DNA of 64,000 bases, from assembly GCA_963674745.2 (NCBI GenBank), contig CAXXDV010000001.1:2630361-2694360 (forward strand). The letters run 5' to 3'. Positions within the stretch are counted from its first letter, which is position 1. Every line of letters begins with the position of its first letter. This stretch comes from Desulfosudaceae bacterium. Lineage in GTDB: Bacteria > Desulfobacterota > Desulfobacteria > Desulfobacterales > Desulfosudaceae. The position numbers and the translations under genes are program-made. The notes below the pieces were generated by a model that was not told where the DNA came from, made no database searches, and saw only the letters and a list, made by a program, of their open reading frames with translations. Shown here in pieces: positions 38,811 to 50,235 of this stretch.

Positions 38811-40045
38811 AGGTTTTACACCTGAATACAGTCGATACCTCGGGAGGCGCGGCACGGTCGGCCGGCAGAGTCCATAGGGCGTTGCTTCAGGCCGACGTCG
38901 AGTCGCGTATGCTGGTGCAGGTCAAATCAGGCGATGACCCGACGGTCTCAGGGCCGGAATCGAAACCGGCCAGGGGCCTGGGATATGTCCGACCTTCTCT
39001 GGATCGATTGGCGCTGTACAGGTATCCAAAAAAAGACGAAGCATATTTTCATCCGGCCGTGATCCCTTTTTCCGGTGTTCTCCGGAAAATCCGGAAGATC
39101 GACCCGGATGTGGTTAACCTGCACTGGATTACCGGCGGGTTTCTGAGAATTGAAGACCTCATGCGCATTCAAAAGCCGGTTGTATGGACAATGCATGATA
39201 TGTGGACCTTTACAGGAGGATGCCATTACGATGAAACCTGTGGTAAATACCTCAGTTCATGTGGATCATGTCCAATGCTGGGATCGATGAAGCAAAAAGA
39301 TTTGAGCGCCCGTGTTTTCAAAAGGAAAAAACGTGCTTTCAGCAGGATGCCTGATTTGACGGTCGTCGGAACCAGTCAATGGCTATGTGAAACCGCCACC
39401 CAAAGTACGTTGTTGAAAGGTAAGCCTGTTATTAACATACCCACGCCGGTTGATCCGCAGATTTTTCGCCCCGTGGAGAAAACGGTGGCCAGAGACATGC
39501 TGGGCCTGCCTCCAGACAAAAGGATTCTTCTTTTTGGTGCCAAGGATGCCCTTCAGGATCGCCGCAAGGGCTTCTCGGAACTTTGTCGGGCGTTATTGCA
39601 ACTGGCATCAAAAAACACCGATCTGGCTGTTTTTGGTGCCGGTCAGGGGGATGGCGCCCCTGATGTCAACCTTCATGTCCATTATCTGGGTAATTTTCAT
39701 GACGAGCTGTCCCTCAGGATTGCATACAGTGCGGCGGATGTGATGGTTGTGCCGAGTCTGCAGGAAAACCTTTCCAACATCATTCTCGAAAGCCTGGCCT
39801 GTGGTACACCGGTGGTCGCATTTCGGATCGGCGGTAACCCCGATATGATTGATCACCAGTCGAACGGTTACCTGGCCGTTCCTTTTGATCCTGTTGACCT
39901 GGCCCGCGGTATTGACTGGATTTTGGAACACGCCGATCCGGGCAAGCTTGGTGAAAACGCCAGGCAAAAAGTCCTTGAAAGTTTTACGCCTTCTAATGTG
40001 GCTGCTCAATACCTGCGGTTGTATGAAAAAATATCGGCTTCGTAA
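38807..40045 (+). CDS. GT4 glycosyltransferase (WcaC-like)
   Basis: GGAAR, NLHW, WTMHDMWTFTGGCHY, ENLSNIILESLACGTP. Confidence 0.9.
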   Translation: MKVLHLNTVDTSGGAARSAGRVHRALLQADVESRMLVQVKSGDDPTVSGPESKPARGLGYVRPSLDRLALYRYPKKDEAYFHPAVIPFSGVLRKIRKIDPDVVNLHWITGGFLRIEDLMRIQKPVVWTMHDMWTFTGGCHYDETCGKYLSSCGSCPMLGSMKQKDLSARVFKRKKRAFSRMPDLTVVGTSQWLCETATQSTLLKGKPVINIPTPVDPQIFRPVEKTVARDMLGLPPDKRILLFGAKDALQDRRKGFSELCRALLQLASKNTDLAVFGAGQGDGAPDVNLHVHYLGNFHDELSLRIAYSAADVMVVPSLQENLSNIILESLACGTPVVAFRIGGNPDMIDHQSNGYLAVPFDPVDLARGIDWILEHADPGKLGENARQKVLESFTPSNVAAQYLRLYEKISAS

Positions 40046-40053
40046 AACGTCTG

Positions 40054-40854
40054 ATGACGGTCTTTTTAAACAAGGCCCATGATCGAGTGATGACATCCCC
40101 ACTGATTACTGTTGTTACCGTTTCCCTGAACGCTGTGCCGTCTGTTGAACAGACCATCCGGAGCGTTTTGGATCAAACCTGGTCTCCGCTTGAATTGATT
40201 ATAGTGGACGGGGCTTCTACGGACGGCACATGGGAGATTATCAGTAAATACAGAAGCCGCCTGGCGCACGCCGTTTCGGAGAAAGATGATGGGATCGCCG
40301 ATGCCATGAATAAAGGGATCGCCCTGGCGAAAGGGGATTTTATCGTTTTTCTTCATGCCGACGATTATTTTCATAATGTTCGCAGCCTGGAGCAGGCAAT
40401 GGCATTCTGCAGTGCCGGCAGTGATATTATCGCTTGCGACATACTGTTCGGCAGGAAGCTTGAAAGGTATACACCAAGAGGATTCAATTGGTGGTTCAAT
40501 TTTAAAACCGGTGTTTTTCATCAGGGTGTCATATGCCGTCGAACCCTGCTTGAGAAGCTGGGTGGATTTGACAAACAGTTCCGGATTGCAATGGATTACG
40601 ATTTTTTTCTGCGTGCTTACCGCAGTGGCGTCTGCCTGGCCAGGGCGCCGGTCGTGCTGTCGGTAATGCGGGACACGGGTATCAGTACCCGGGCGGATTG
40701 GGACGGTCTGGCCGTGCGTTTTGATGAAGAAAAAAGAGTGCATGAAAAAAATTGCCGTTCTTTTCCCATGAGGCAGGCGTATGCACTTTACTGGTTTTTT
40801 TATCTGCCATATCGGAAGGTGCGATATATAATGAAAAACAGAAGACGCTGTTAG
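40054..40854 (+). CDS. GT2 glycosyltransferase (WcaE-like)
   Basis: DGASTDGT, DAMNKG, LHADD, DYDF. Confidence 0.9.
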   Translation: MTVFLNKAHDRVMTSPLITVVTVSLNAVPSVEQTIRSVLDQTWSPLELIIVDGASTDGTWEIISKYRSRLAHAVSEKDDGIADAMNKGIALAKGDFIVFLHADDYFHNVRSLEQAMAFCSAGSDIIACDILFGRKLERYTPRGFNWWFNFKTGVFHQGVICRRTLLEKLGGFDKQFRIAMDYDFFLRAYRSGVCLARAPVVLSVMRDTGISTRADWDGLAVRFDEEKRVHEKNCRSFPMRQAYALYWFFYLPYRKVRYIMKNRRRC

Positions 40855-40869
40855 AAACGATGACTGAAA

Positions 40870-41991
40870 ATGCGTATTCTTGTTCTCAGTAAACGGCGAT
40901 ATACAAATCTGGACCTGATCAACGACCGTTTCGGCCGGATCAGGGAAATACCTCTGGCACTCGCTTCGGCGGGTCATGATATGGCGGGAATCTGTTTGAG
41001 CTATCGACCCGGCGATGAAGGCCCCCGCGACGATGTCAGTGGGGGGAGCCGGGTCGCCTGGCAGGCATTAAATCTCCGGCGGCTGTTTTCCCGGGGATCG
41101 AAAAGTTACTGGCAGGCACTCAAGAAGATAACCGAAGACTTCCGGCCGGATATCGTCTGGGCCTCTTCGGACATGTTCCACGCCATCCTTGCCGTTCCCG
41201 TTGCCCGGCGGCTTGATGCGGCGCTGGTGGTCGATTTGTATGATAATTTTGAAAGTTTTCCGGTGGCACGATTCCCCGGACTGGTACCGGCTTTTTATCG
41301 GGCATTGCGTCAATCGGACGGTATTACCTGTGTCAGCCGGCCATTGGCCGAATATGTGCGTCAGCGCAGTGCCTGTCACTGCCCGATCGAAGTCATTGAG
41401 AATGCCGTCCCGCCTGGTTTTTCCCGCCCCATGGATCAGGCTGATTGCCGTCGGGAACTGGGGCTGTCCGATAAGCACCTGCTCATTGGAACGGCTGGAG
41501 CGATTTCCCGCTCAAGGGGGATCGGCACACTGTTGCATGCGTTTGAAAAGCTCGCCGCCGAAAGGGCGGATATTCATCTCGTTCTGGCCGGTGACCGCGA
41601 CAAAGGCGTGCGCCTGCCGCAAGATTCACGAATTTATTATCTTGGCTTATTGCCGCCGAAAAAAATTCCTGTTCTTCTGTCCGCCCTGGATATATCGGTC
41701 GTCTGCAACCGGGATTCAGCCTTTGGCCGGTATTGTTTTCCTCAGAAATTTTATGAAAGCGTGGCCTGTGGTGTTCCGGTGGTTGCGGCCGGTACGGGTG
41801 TGATGGCGGAAATATTGAAAAATTATCCGGACCATCTGTTTGAACCGGAAGATGCCGAAAGCCTGCTTACGGCACTGCGCCGTCAGATTGAAAACCCGGT
41901 GCCCTTGAAGATGGAAGCACCGACGTGGACACAACGCGCGGTAAGCCTTGAACGTTTTTTCGGCTCTGTGTTGCAGCGCCGGAGAGGATAA
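40870..41991 (+). CDS. GT4 glycosyltransferase
   Basis: DLYDN, RSRGI, FPQKFYESVACGVPVV. Confidence 0.85.
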   Translation: MRILVLSKRRYTNLDLINDRFGRIREIPLALASAGHDMAGICLSYRPGDEGPRDDVSGGSRVAWQALNLRRLFSRGSKSYWQALKKITEDFRPDIVWASSDMFHAILAVPVARRLDAALVVDLYDNFESFPVARFPGLVPAFYRALRQSDGITCVSRPLAEYVRQRSACHCPIEVIENAVPPGFSRPMDQADCRRELGLSDKHLLIGTAGAISRSRGIGTLLHAFEKLAAERADIHLVLAGDRDKGVRLPQDSRIYYLGLLPPKKIPVLLSALDISVVCNRDSAFGRYCFPQKFYESVACGVPVVAAGTGVMAEILKNYPDHLFEPEDAESLLTALRRQIENPVPLKMEAPTWTQRAVSLERFFGSVLQRRRG

Positions 41992-42001
41992 TGTTTTTTG
42001 T

Positions 42002-42727
42002 TTATCGCTTCAGGTTATACTTGATGATGACCCAGATCGCCCGAAAACCGTCTAGCCAGTTGATCTTTTTCCCTTCCTCGTATGTCCTGCCGTAGTAGGA
42101 GACGGGCACTTCATAGATCCGCAGTTTTTTCCTGGCAAATTTAGCGGTGATTTCCGGTTCAAATCCGAATCGGGCTTCTTCAATGGTAATCCCGTCCAGG
42201 GCCTCTCTTGTAAATACTTTGTAGCATGTTTCCATATCCGTCAGGTTCAGATTGGTAAACATATTGGACAGCATGGTCAGAAATTTGTTGCCTAAATAGT
42301 GCCAGAAGTAAAGCACCCGGTGAGCCCCGTAACCGGCAAACCGTGACCCGTACACGACATCCGCCTTTCCGGACAAAATAGGCTGCAGCAGTGTGGGGTA
42401 TTCCGTGGGGACGTATTCCAAATCGGCGTCCTGGATAAGCAGGATGTCTCCCGTGGCCTTTGAAAGTCCGGTTTGCAGCGCGCGGCCTTTGCCGCTGTTT
42501 TTGTCATGGTAAAGACAGATTAAATCCGGGCGGTTGATGGCTTTAAGTATATCCCGGGTGCCGTCAGTCGAGCCATCGTCAACTACGATGATTTCCTTGC
42601 GGTATGGTGTTTCAAAAACCATCTCCAGCATATCGTTGATGGTCTCTTTTTCGTTGAATACCGGCATGATAATGCTGATCAGCGGTTCTTTTTTCTGAAG
42701 GGGTGCATCTGTCATAGTTGTTAACAT
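42002..42727 (-). CDS. GT2 polyprenol-phosphate glycosyltransferase (DPM1-like)
   Basis: [35 protein letters not shown]. Confidence 0.9.
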   Translation of the reverse strand: MLTTMTDAPLQKKEPLISIIMPVFNEKETINDMLEMVFETPYRKEIIVVDDGSTDGTRDILKAINRPDLICLYHDKNSGKGRALQTGLSKATGDILLIQDADLEYVPTEYPTLLQPILSGKADVVYGSRFAGYGAHRVLYFWHYLGNKFLTMLSNMFTNLNLTDMETCYKVFTREALDGITIEEARFGFEPEITAKFARKKLRIYEVPVSYYGRTYEEGKKINWLDGFRAIWVIIKYNLKR

Positions 42728-43689
42728 ACCCTCCTGTCTTCAGCTTTTAAATCCTTGTTGGCTTCCATGTCGAACCACATGGCAAAGAGTGTGAACTGGC
42801 TGGCACTGATAAAGGAAAACATGGCTGCCAGCGCATTGATGGGGGGTATATGGCCGGTGGCATACCATACCCAGAAGAGTCGGACAAAAAGGGCGAAGGT
42901 TGTAATGCCAAACAAACATCCCAGCATGTAAAAAAAGATCAAAGGATGAAAATCCTTGATGATATATTTTTTTTTCATCCGCCAGAAAAAGCGCTTTAAA
43001 AGCAGCCAGCTCAGGGTAAAAATAATTTTTTTTACTTTCAGACCGGATCGTTCACCGATGTTATAAATCGGCTTTACCGGTACGTCCGCTACTTTGAAAT
43101 TGTGGATGTTCAGAAGGATCAGCAGATCGTTGGGCTGACCGTAGCGCTGATACATTTGATCCCATTCAATCGTATTCAGAGCGTTTCGGCCGATAGCCGT
43201 GTAGCCGGACTGAAAGTCCGATACATGCCAGTAACCGGAAACGATTTTGGTTAAGAGGGACAGAAAGGCGATGCCGAAATAACGAAGCGGCGGCATCTGG
43301 TTGTAAGCGTTACCGGAGAAAAAACGGTTTCCTTTGGCATAGTCCGCCCGCTCTTCGACTACCGGATCAATCAGCGCGGGAAGATCGTCGGGATGCATCT
43401 GTCCGTCACCGTCCATGCGGACGGCGATGTCGATACCTTTGTCAATCGCCCAGCGATAACCGGTTACCAGGGCCCCACCGCAGCCCTGGTTTTTTTTGTG
43501 CTGAAGAAGAAGAATCCGTGAATCTGCTGACGCGCAGGCAAGAACGATTTCGGCGGTCCGGTCTGTACTGGCGTCATCCACAACCGCGATGGAATCGACG
43601 AAATCCGGAATACCTTCCAGGACTTTTTTTATCTGCGTGGCTTCGTTAAACGCCGGAATGATGATCGCCAGGGATTTTTGTTTATACAT
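42721..43689 (-). CDS. GT2 polyprenol-phosphate glycosyltransferase with C-terminal TM helices
   Basis: PAFNE, DDASTD, MDGDGQM, KGNRF, two C-terminal TM helices. Confidence 0.88.
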   Translation of the reverse strand: MYKQKSLAIIIPAFNEATQIKKVLEGIPDFVDSIAVVDDASTDRTAEIVLACASADSRILLLQHKKNQGCGGALVTGYRWAIDKGIDIAVRMDGDGQMHPDDLPALIDPVVEERADYAKGNRFFSGNAYNQMPPLRYFGIAFLSLLTKIVSGYWHVSDFQSGYTAIGRNALNTIEWDQMYQRYGQPNDLLILLNIHNFKVADVPVKPIYNIGERSGLKVKKIIFTLSWLLLKRFFWRMKKKYIIKDFHPLIFFYMLGCLFGITTFALFVRLFWVWYATGHIPPINALAAMFSFISASQFTLFAMWFDMEANKDLKAEDRRVC

Positions 43690-43744
43690 GCCAATCAGTT
43701 ATTTTAGGTTAACTTTCTTGATATTATATCTTCATAGCGCGAAT

Positions 43745-45118
43745 TTACAAGGGTTTTCTGATCGCGGACGGTTTACGGTCAATGAGCATGATTCTCAAAT
43801 CCATGACATTGGTATTGGTCGGTCCGGTCATCAGCAGGCTTTTGAGCGGCTTAAAAAAGGCGTAGGCATCATTATCGAGCAGGTAATGATCGGGATCCAT
43901 GTTAAGGTGTCCGGCTTTTTCCAGTGTCCCGGAATCAACCACGGCACCTGCGGCATCAGTGGGGCCGTCTGTTCCGTCGGTGCCGCCGCTTAAAATGACA
44001 ATATCGTCAAACCCGGCGATATTCTTCACGACGGCCAGGCAGAACTCCTGGTTCCTTCCGCCCCGGCCGTTTCCACGGATGGTTACGGTGGTTTCACCGC
44101 CGGATAAAATACAGGCCGGTGGTTTAACGGGCCGGCCACGGGCCAGGCATTCTGTGGCTATGGCCGCATGCATTCCGGCAATCTCACGGGTCTCTCCGGT
44201 TATCGTTGAGGACAATATCAGCGTTTGATAACCGGCCTGTCGTGATTTTTTTGCGGCAGCGTCAATGGCGTCGTTGATGCCGCAACAGATCAGGCTTTCC
44301 GCCCGCTCAAAAGCAGGATCCCCCTGGGCCGGTGTCTCCATGGCCGGATCAGTCAGCCCGGTTTCAAGATGTTTGATCACGCCGTCCGGTAACGCCTCGG
44401 CGATACCGTGCCGATCGATGATTTGAAGGCAGTCGATGAACGTTCCGCTGTCGGGAACCGTCGGGCCTGAAGCAATATACGAGGGATCGTCACCCACCAC
44501 GTCTGAAATGATCAGGCTGATCACCGTCGCCGGATAAGCGGCCCGGGCCAGCCGTCCGCCCTTGATGGCGGACAGATGCTTCCGGATGGTATTTATTTCC
44601 TGGATGGTGGCACCGCAGGACAGGAGGACATGGATCGTCTTTTGTTTGTCTTCAAGCGAGAGGCCTTCGGCCGGCAATGGCAGCAGCGCCGACCCGCCAC
44701 CGGAAATAAGGCATATGATTAAATCGCGGGAACCGGCAGCAACGGCCATGTCCAGGATCTCAGCCGCGCCGCGCAGGCCGTTTTCGTCCGGCAGAGGGTG
44801 GCCGGCTTCAACCAGCCGGATTTTTTTCAGCGGTGTCGTGTATCCGTATTTAACGTTGATCAATCCATCGGTCAGCCGGTTGCCGATCAACTCCTCAATG
44901 GCCTTGCCCATGGCCGCCGATGCCTTGCCGGCCCCAATGACATAAATATGTTCAAAAGAAGCCAGTTCAAAGGATTGTCCACCAACGACAAGACGGTCAT
45001 CAATGATCCGGCAAACAGCACTGACCCGTTTTTGGGGCTCTACGGCCTTCAGCCCGGCTGTGAAAATTTCCCGGATGTCTTGGTGCATCTGCTGTAAGGT
45101 TTTTTGCTGATGTGTCAT
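43745..45118 (-). CDS. Glycerate 2-kinase (MOFRL/TtuD family)
   Basis: GAGKA, AGHPLPD, ISGGGSAL, GGETTV, GGRNQE, GTDGTDG, TGPTNTNVMD. Confidence 0.92.
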   Translation of the reverse strand: MTHQQKTLQQMHQDIREIFTAGLKAVEPQKRVSAVCRIIDDRLVVGGQSFELASFEHIYVIGAGKASAAMGKAIEELIGNRLTDGLINVKYGYTTPLKKIRLVEAGHPLPDENGLRGAAEILDMAVAAGSRDLIICLISGGGSALLPLPAEGLSLEDKQKTIHVLLSCGATIQEINTIRKHLSAIKGGRLARAAYPATVISLIISDVVGDDPSYIASGPTVPDSGTFIDCLQIIDRHGIAEALPDGVIKHLETGLTDPAMETPAQGDPAFERAESLICCGINDAIDAAAKKSRQAGYQTLILSSTITGETREIAGMHAAIATECLARGRPVKPPACILSGGETTVTIRGNGRGGRNQEFCLAVVKNIAGFDDIVILSGGTDGTDGPTDAAGAVVDSGTLEKAGHLNMDPDHYLLDNDAYAFFKPLKSLLMTGPTNTNVMDLRIMLIDRKPSAIRKPL

Positions 45119-45368
45119 TAGCCGCCGGTCCGCTGTCGGAAGTAAACCCGACCATCAGGGGGGCAGCAAGCTGTGCCATACCCTGTTTTATCAGGCTTGA
45201 AAGAGCCACGGTTTTGTAATAAAACGTTATTGAGCCGGGATTATATAACCATTTCTTTTATATCAGGGTCAGGGGCTGTCAGTAAAGGTTTAATAAAACG
45301 ATGTATCGGACCGGTATTATAAAGGGTGCCATGAAACCCCGCAGGCTGCAATTTTTGGAGAGCGATTA

Positions 45369-46133
45369 ATGCGCTTGCCTCACCATCAATCAACGAAATC
45401 CGTCTGGGATGTATCGTCACAATACGTTAACAACTTACGTTCATTGACGCTGCAGACGCTTGATTTTGCATCAGGTTACCGCTGGCATCTGTATTCCCCT
45501 TTTGTTGTTTTCCCCAGGCATGAAGTTGTGTTTCTGGCAGTACCCCGGGCCGGATCGACTTCAATGGGTTTCGCTTTGACGCCGTTGCTCGGCAACGGAT
45601 TGAACTTTCACTCGAAACGTTTGAAACAACATAAATTCCGTCATTATATGCGCAGTTGCACGCCGCGTGAAGCAGCCACCCGGTATTCGGGTTATTTCAA
45701 GTTCGCATTCGTACGGAACCCCTGGACCCGATTGTATTCATGCTATTTGACACGGGTTCGAATTAAACCCAATCGATATTTTCGCTATTTTGGACTGGAT
45801 CAATGTAAAAATTTTGAAGATTTCGCCTTGCGGGTTTGTGATATCCCAGACGAACATGCTGATGCGCATTTTATCTCACAAACTTATTTGCTGACCCATG
45901 AAGGCAGATTTTTGCCCGATAAGCTTTTTCGGTTTGAAATGTATGCCGAAAGTTTCCGCGAAACAAGTAATATTATTAAAGACAGGACCGGTATAAGCCT
46001 GCTTGAAAGGCCGCATTACCATAAGACGCCGTCGCAGGATTATCGTCGTGCTTATACCGCAAGGATGGTTGACCTGATCGGCAACCGTTACCGTGCGGAC
46101 TGTGATCGGTTCGAATATACCTACCCGGGTTGA
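45369..46133 (+). CDS. Sulfotransferase family 2 protein
   Basis: VPRAGSTS (5'-PSB), FVRNPWTRLYSCY (3'-PB), H..Q. Confidence 0.8.
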   Translation: MRLPHHQSTKSVWDVSSQYVNNLRSLTLQTLDFASGYRWHLYSPFVVFPRHEVVFLAVPRAGSTSMGFALTPLLGNGLNFHSKRLKQHKFRHYMRSCTPREAATRYSGYFKFAFVRNPWTRLYSCYLTRVRIKPNRYFRYFGLDQCKNFEDFALRVCDIPDEHADAHFISQTYLLTHEGRFLPDKLFRFEMYAESFRETSNIIKDRTGISLLERPHYHKTPSQDYRRAYTARMVDLIGNRYRADCDRFEYTYPG

Positions 46134-46301
46134 TTCTTCGTTCACGATTCCAGTAAGAAAAATCGGTACCTGCTTGACAATATGTTGTTGTTGACCGTAC
46201 ATTTGGATAAATTTACGCCTTTAACAAAAAACACCAAAAGATAGTGTCCACCCATTTATTATGGGTGGAAACCAGTTAACCCCTGGATCCTGGAGGCTCT
46301 T

Positions 46302-46880
46302 ATGACCGGTGAAGGGCAGAAAACGGCAACACCCTTGAAAGGTGAGTTTCTGATTGCCATGCCGGCCCTTAACGATCCCAATTTTTCACGGACGGTTGTC
46401 TGCCTCTGCGAATTTTCTTCCGAAGGTGCTCTGGGCATGGTCATAAATCGCCTTTATTCCGCTTTTTCCGCCAAAGACCTTTTTAATGAGTTGTCCATTG
46501 AATATATTAAGGAAGCCGAAGGCTTGCCGATTTATAACGGCGGACCGGTCAATATCGGGGATGTTTTCATCCTTCATGGCGCACCGTTCAATTGGGCGGG
46601 AACCCACCAGGTCAATCCCTGGTTGGCGCTGACGAACACACGGGATATCCTGGACGCGATCGCACAGGGAAGAGGACCGGCGTCTTTTCTGATTATTCTG
46701 GGGTGCTCCGGCTGGGGGGGCGGACAACTGGAAATGGAACTTAAGAACAATTTCTGGCTGACTGCACCTGTTGATGAAACAGTCCTGTTTCAGACGCCTG
46801 TTGATCAGCGTTGGGCAGAGGGGATGGCCCTGATCAATATCGATCCGGCCTTTTTGTCAGGCACTGCCGGAAACGCTTGA
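46302..46880 (+). CDS. yqgE: YqgE/AlgH family protein
   Basis: LIAMP...DPNFSRTVV, GALGMVIN, GGPV, GWGGGQLE. Confidence 0.9.
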   Translation: MTGEGQKTATPLKGEFLIAMPALNDPNFSRTVVCLCEFSSEGALGMVINRLYSAFSAKDLFNELSIEYIKEAEGLPIYNGGPVNIGDVFILHGAPFNWAGTHQVNPWLALTNTRDILDAIAQGRGPASFLIILGCSGWGGGQLEMELKNNFWLTAPVDETVLFQTPVDQRWAEGMALINIDPAFLSGTAGNA

Positions 46881-46891
46881 CCCATAAGCGG

Positions 46892-47047
46892 TCACTTAAC
46901 GGCCGAATCCTGCTGTTTCTGGCGGCTGTTCTTTTTTTTCTTAGTGCATTTCCCGTCTTTACGCACAAACGCACACAAGTTGGGATTGTAATATTCCTTG
47001 CAGTTTAACGGGTTCGTAAGCGGGCACTGGGTTTTTTTTTGCTTCAT
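46892..47047 (-). CDS. Small basic four-cysteine protein (51 aa)
   Basis: MKQKKTQCPLTNPLNCKEYYNPNLCAFVRKDGKCTKKKK...; AGGA upstream; fills the intergenic gap. Confidence 0.5.
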   Translation of the reverse strand: MKQKKTQCPLTNPLNCKEYYNPNLCAFVRKDGKCTKKKKNSRQKQQDSAVK

Positions 47048-47152
47048 AATCTTTTCATATCCTGATAAAAAGAATACTACCATAACACTCGGTAGGAAAC
47101 AAGGGCCGAGACCCGTGAACATGTAATAATTGGGATTTTTTAATAAAAACTT

Positions 47153-49438
47153 ATGAATGAAACGTATAATACGCTGAAAAACAGGCTGGTCGAACTGGAT
47201 GCTTCACTTCTGGACCTGATCACCGAGGTTAAGGGCCTGTCCGGTATTGTCGGCAGTTCCATGCAGGAATGGGAAAATATCTGCCGCAATGTTGAAAAGC
47301 AGGTTGCCAGGGATAATGTCCGGGTAGCGGTGGTCGGACCTATCAAATCCGGTAAGAGCACGGTTGTTAATTCTTTTTTCAAGGGAGATTTCCTGAAGCG
47401 TGGCGCCGGTGTCGTTACATCAATGGTGACCAGGGTCCGTGCCGGGGATCGACTGTCGGCCAGGCTGTACTTCAAAACCTGGGACGACGTCAACACGGAC
47501 TTATCTCGGGCGGTGGTCATGTTCCCGTCGGTACATTTTTCGACCAAACAGGAAGAGATCGATATCCGGAGTGATGAAATCCGCCAGGAGCTTGCCAGGG
47601 GGCTGGCCGCGCTTCCCCGGGAATACCTGATTGCCAGGGACAGTCGTAATATCAACAGTGTGCTGCTGGCCAATTATCTTGAAGGATACGAATCCGTCCG
47701 CGAAATTATCGGTTCCGAAGTCGTGACCATGGATTTTGCTTCCGACCAGTTTGCCCGCCACAGGGATTTTGTCGGTTTCGACCATCTGGCGGTTTATCTG
47801 AAAGACATCCAGATCGTCATTGATTCTGTTGATATGGATCCCAGCATTGAAATTGCGGATTGCCAGGGCAGCGACTCCCCCAACCCGCTTCACCTGGCCA
47901 GAATCCAGGATTATCTGCTGATGACCAATTTAATCGTTTATGTCATCAGCAGCCGGACCGGGGTCCGCCAGGCGGATATCAATTTCCTGAACATGATTGA
48001 CCGGATGGGGATTGCCGGCAACCTGCTTTTTATTGTTAATTTTGATTTTAATGAACATGAGACCCTGGCCGGCCTTGAGGCCCTGGTCAGCCGGGTGAAG
48101 GATGAATTGTCATTAATTTTACCGGATCCGGAAGTTTACGTTTTTTCCGGTCTTTATAACTTGCTGCGGTCCCTGGGGACAAGTGGTATCAGCGAAAAGG
48201 AAGCCAGAATGCTGGGACAATGGGACCTGGAACAGGCATTTGTCGCTTTTTCCGAAAAAGGGACCCGGTCTTTCGAGTCGGCCCTGTATCATATTCTGGA
48301 CAGAAAACGTTATTCGTTACAGTTGAAAAATCATGTCGGACGTCTCGGCCTGGTAACTTCCGGTCTTCACCAGTGGGCGTCGACCAATATGGACATGCTG
48401 ACAAGGGATGACCAGAGTGCCGCGGCCATGCTTGAACAGACACAGCGGCACAGGAAAAAACTCGAACAGGCGGGTTCATTATTAAAAAGCACGCTTGAGG
48501 GTTCATCCCGTAAGCTGGAAAAAGAGCTCAAAACAGACATTGACCGGTTTTTTGACGGCCGGACCGGGGATGTGCTTCCCAATGTGGTCAATTTTATCAA
48601 AAGCTGGAATACCGATCTGGGAAAATATGAAGGCGCCCTGGCCGTATCCGGTTTTTCTAATACGTTTTACATGGTTTTTCAGGAGTTTAAGCAGGGGCTG
48701 GACAAACACATGGCTGAAAACATAAATCCGCAGATAATGGGGTTTATCAAAAAGCTGGAAGGGAAGATCAGCGAACATTTTGAAGGTATTGCATCTTCTT
48801 TTGATGTCATGGCCAGGGACGCCATAGCAGAGTTTAAAACCGGTATGAAGGATATGGGAGTGGTCATGAGTCTGGGCGTTCAGAGCGAAATCCGCGCCAA
48901 GGATCTGGCTGTCATAAAAAAACACCACACCTTAAAGCTTCCGCCGGCAGACTTTATCATGAATTATACCAGTAAGATTAAGACGGAAGCGGTCATGCGG
49001 ATGGGGGTGTATTCGCTTGGCAGAATGATCAAGCAGATTTTCAAAAAAACATCTCCAAATGACCGGACCGGAGAAATCCGGGCCCTTAAACACGGTATCG
49101 CCCGTCTTAAAGCCGATACGGAAAAAACGGTTGTCTTTCATTTTAAAAGTTACCGGGAAAACATAAAATTTCAGTATATTTTCAAGCTGGCCGAGGCGGT
49201 ATCGGATAGTTTTTACCGGGAAATTATTGATCGTTTCCGGATATACAACGCCGACATCGCCCTTCTTAGGGATGCGGTCTCCGAAAAGCGCATTGACAAA
49301 GGCCAGCTTTCTGAACTATTGAATAAGACTAAACAAGTTGCCGCCGATGCCGGAAATGACATCCGGCGGTTGGCCGATGATATTGAATTGATTGAGACCG
49401 GTCTGGAGAATCAGAAGGAGAACCGACAGGAGGCATAA
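47153..49438 (+). CDS. Bacterial dynamin-like GTPase
   Basis: GPIKSGKSTVVN P-loop, DCQG (G3-like), long helical C-terminus. Confidence 0.8.
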   Translation: MNETYNTLKNRLVELDASLLDLITEVKGLSGIVGSSMQEWENICRNVEKQVARDNVRVAVVGPIKSGKSTVVNSFFKGDFLKRGAGVVTSMVTRVRAGDRLSARLYFKTWDDVNTDLSRAVVMFPSVHFSTKQEEIDIRSDEIRQELARGLAALPREYLIARDSRNINSVLLANYLEGYESVREIIGSEVVTMDFASDQFARHRDFVGFDHLAVYLKDIQIVIDSVDMDPSIEIADCQGSDSPNPLHLARIQDYLLMTNLIVYVISSRTGVRQADINFLNMIDRMGIAGNLLFIVNFDFNEHETLAGLEALVSRVKDELSLILPDPEVYVFSGLYNLLRSLGTSGISEKEARMLGQWDLEQAFVAFSEKGTRSFESALYHILDRKRYSLQLKNHVGRLGLVTSGLHQWASTNMDMLTRDDQSAAAMLEQTQRHRKKLEQAGSLLKSTLEGSSRKLEKELKTDIDRFFDGRTGDVLPNVVNFIKSWNTDLGKYEGALAVSGFSNTFYMVFQEFKQGLDKHMAENINPQIMGFIKKLEGKISEHFEGIASSFDVMARDAIAEFKTGMKDMGVVMSLGVQSEIRAKDLAVIKKHHTLKLPPADFIMNYTSKIKTEAVMRMGVYSLGRMIKQIFKKTSPNDRTGEIRALKHGIARLKADTEKTVVFHFKSYRENIKFQYIFKLAEAVSDSFYREIIDRFRIYNADIALLRDAVSEKRIDKGQLSELLNKTKQVAADAGNDIRRLADDIELIETGLENQKENRQEA

Positions 49439-49439
49439 G

Positions 49440-50225
49440 ATGGGAAACGGAAAGGCCAGAATTATTGCCGTGGCAAATGAAAAAGGCGGGGTAGGCAAAA
49501 CCGCGATGGTGGTTAATGTGGCGGCGGCGCTGACCCTGGAGAACAAACGGGTGCTTGTGGTTGATATGGACCCCCAGCATAACGCAACCATTGGCCTGGG
49601 TGTCAAGGTTGGAGATGGAATGACAACCATATATGATTTGATTGCCGGCGAACAGCCCCCGGACGCGCGTCAGGCGGTGATAAAGACGCAATGGGAACAG
49701 CTTGATCTGATTCCTTCGCATATAGATCTGGCAGGTGCTGATATAGAACTGGCCGATATGCCCGGCCGGGAAAAAAAGCTGGAACAGGCGTTGTCTGTTT
49801 TTGCCGATGAGTATGATTTTATCCTGATTGACACACCGCCAAGCCTTTCACTGTTGACGGTTAATGTGTTCGCTTGCGCCAAAGAGGTCCTGGTGCCGTG
49901 CCATACGCATCCCTATGCCGTGGCCGCCCTTGAAGACCTATTCGATACCATTGAGAATATCAAGCTGGGCATTAACCGGGATATCCGTGTCACCGGTATC
50001 GTGCCGACTTTTTTTGACAAACGGACCCGTCTGAGCCGGACGATAACGGACCGGCTGAAAAATGACGAACGCTATTCCGGATATCTTTTTGATACAATGA
50101 TCAGAACAAATACGGCCGTGGCCCTGAGTTCGGATGTCGGTAAGCCGGTTGTGTTCTTTAAGAAGAGCAGCTACGGGGCCTGGGATTACACCCGACTGGC
50201 CGAGGAACTGCTGGATAAGGGTTAG
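49440..50225 (+). CDS. ParA/Soj family ATPase
   Basis: [25 protein letters not shown]. Confidence 0.92.
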   Translation: MGNGKARIIAVANEKGGVGKTAMVVNVAAALTLENKRVLVVDMDPQHNATIGLGVKVGDGMTTIYDLIAGEQPPDARQAVIKTQWEQLDLIPSHIDLAGADIELADMPGREKKLEQALSVFADEYDFILIDTPPSLSLLTVNVFACAKEVLVPCHTHPYAVAALEDLFDTIENIKLGINRDIRVTGIVPTFFDKRTRLSRTITDRLKNDERYSGYLFDTMIRTNTAVALSSDVGKPVVFFKKSSYGAWDYTRLAEELLDKG

Positions 50226-50235
50226 AGGGGGAGAT

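Noticed and set aside
40066..40977. 303 aa antisense ORF and many other shadow ORFs
   Set aside because: They overlap well-supported genes on the opposite strand or in another frame and have no recognisable motifs.
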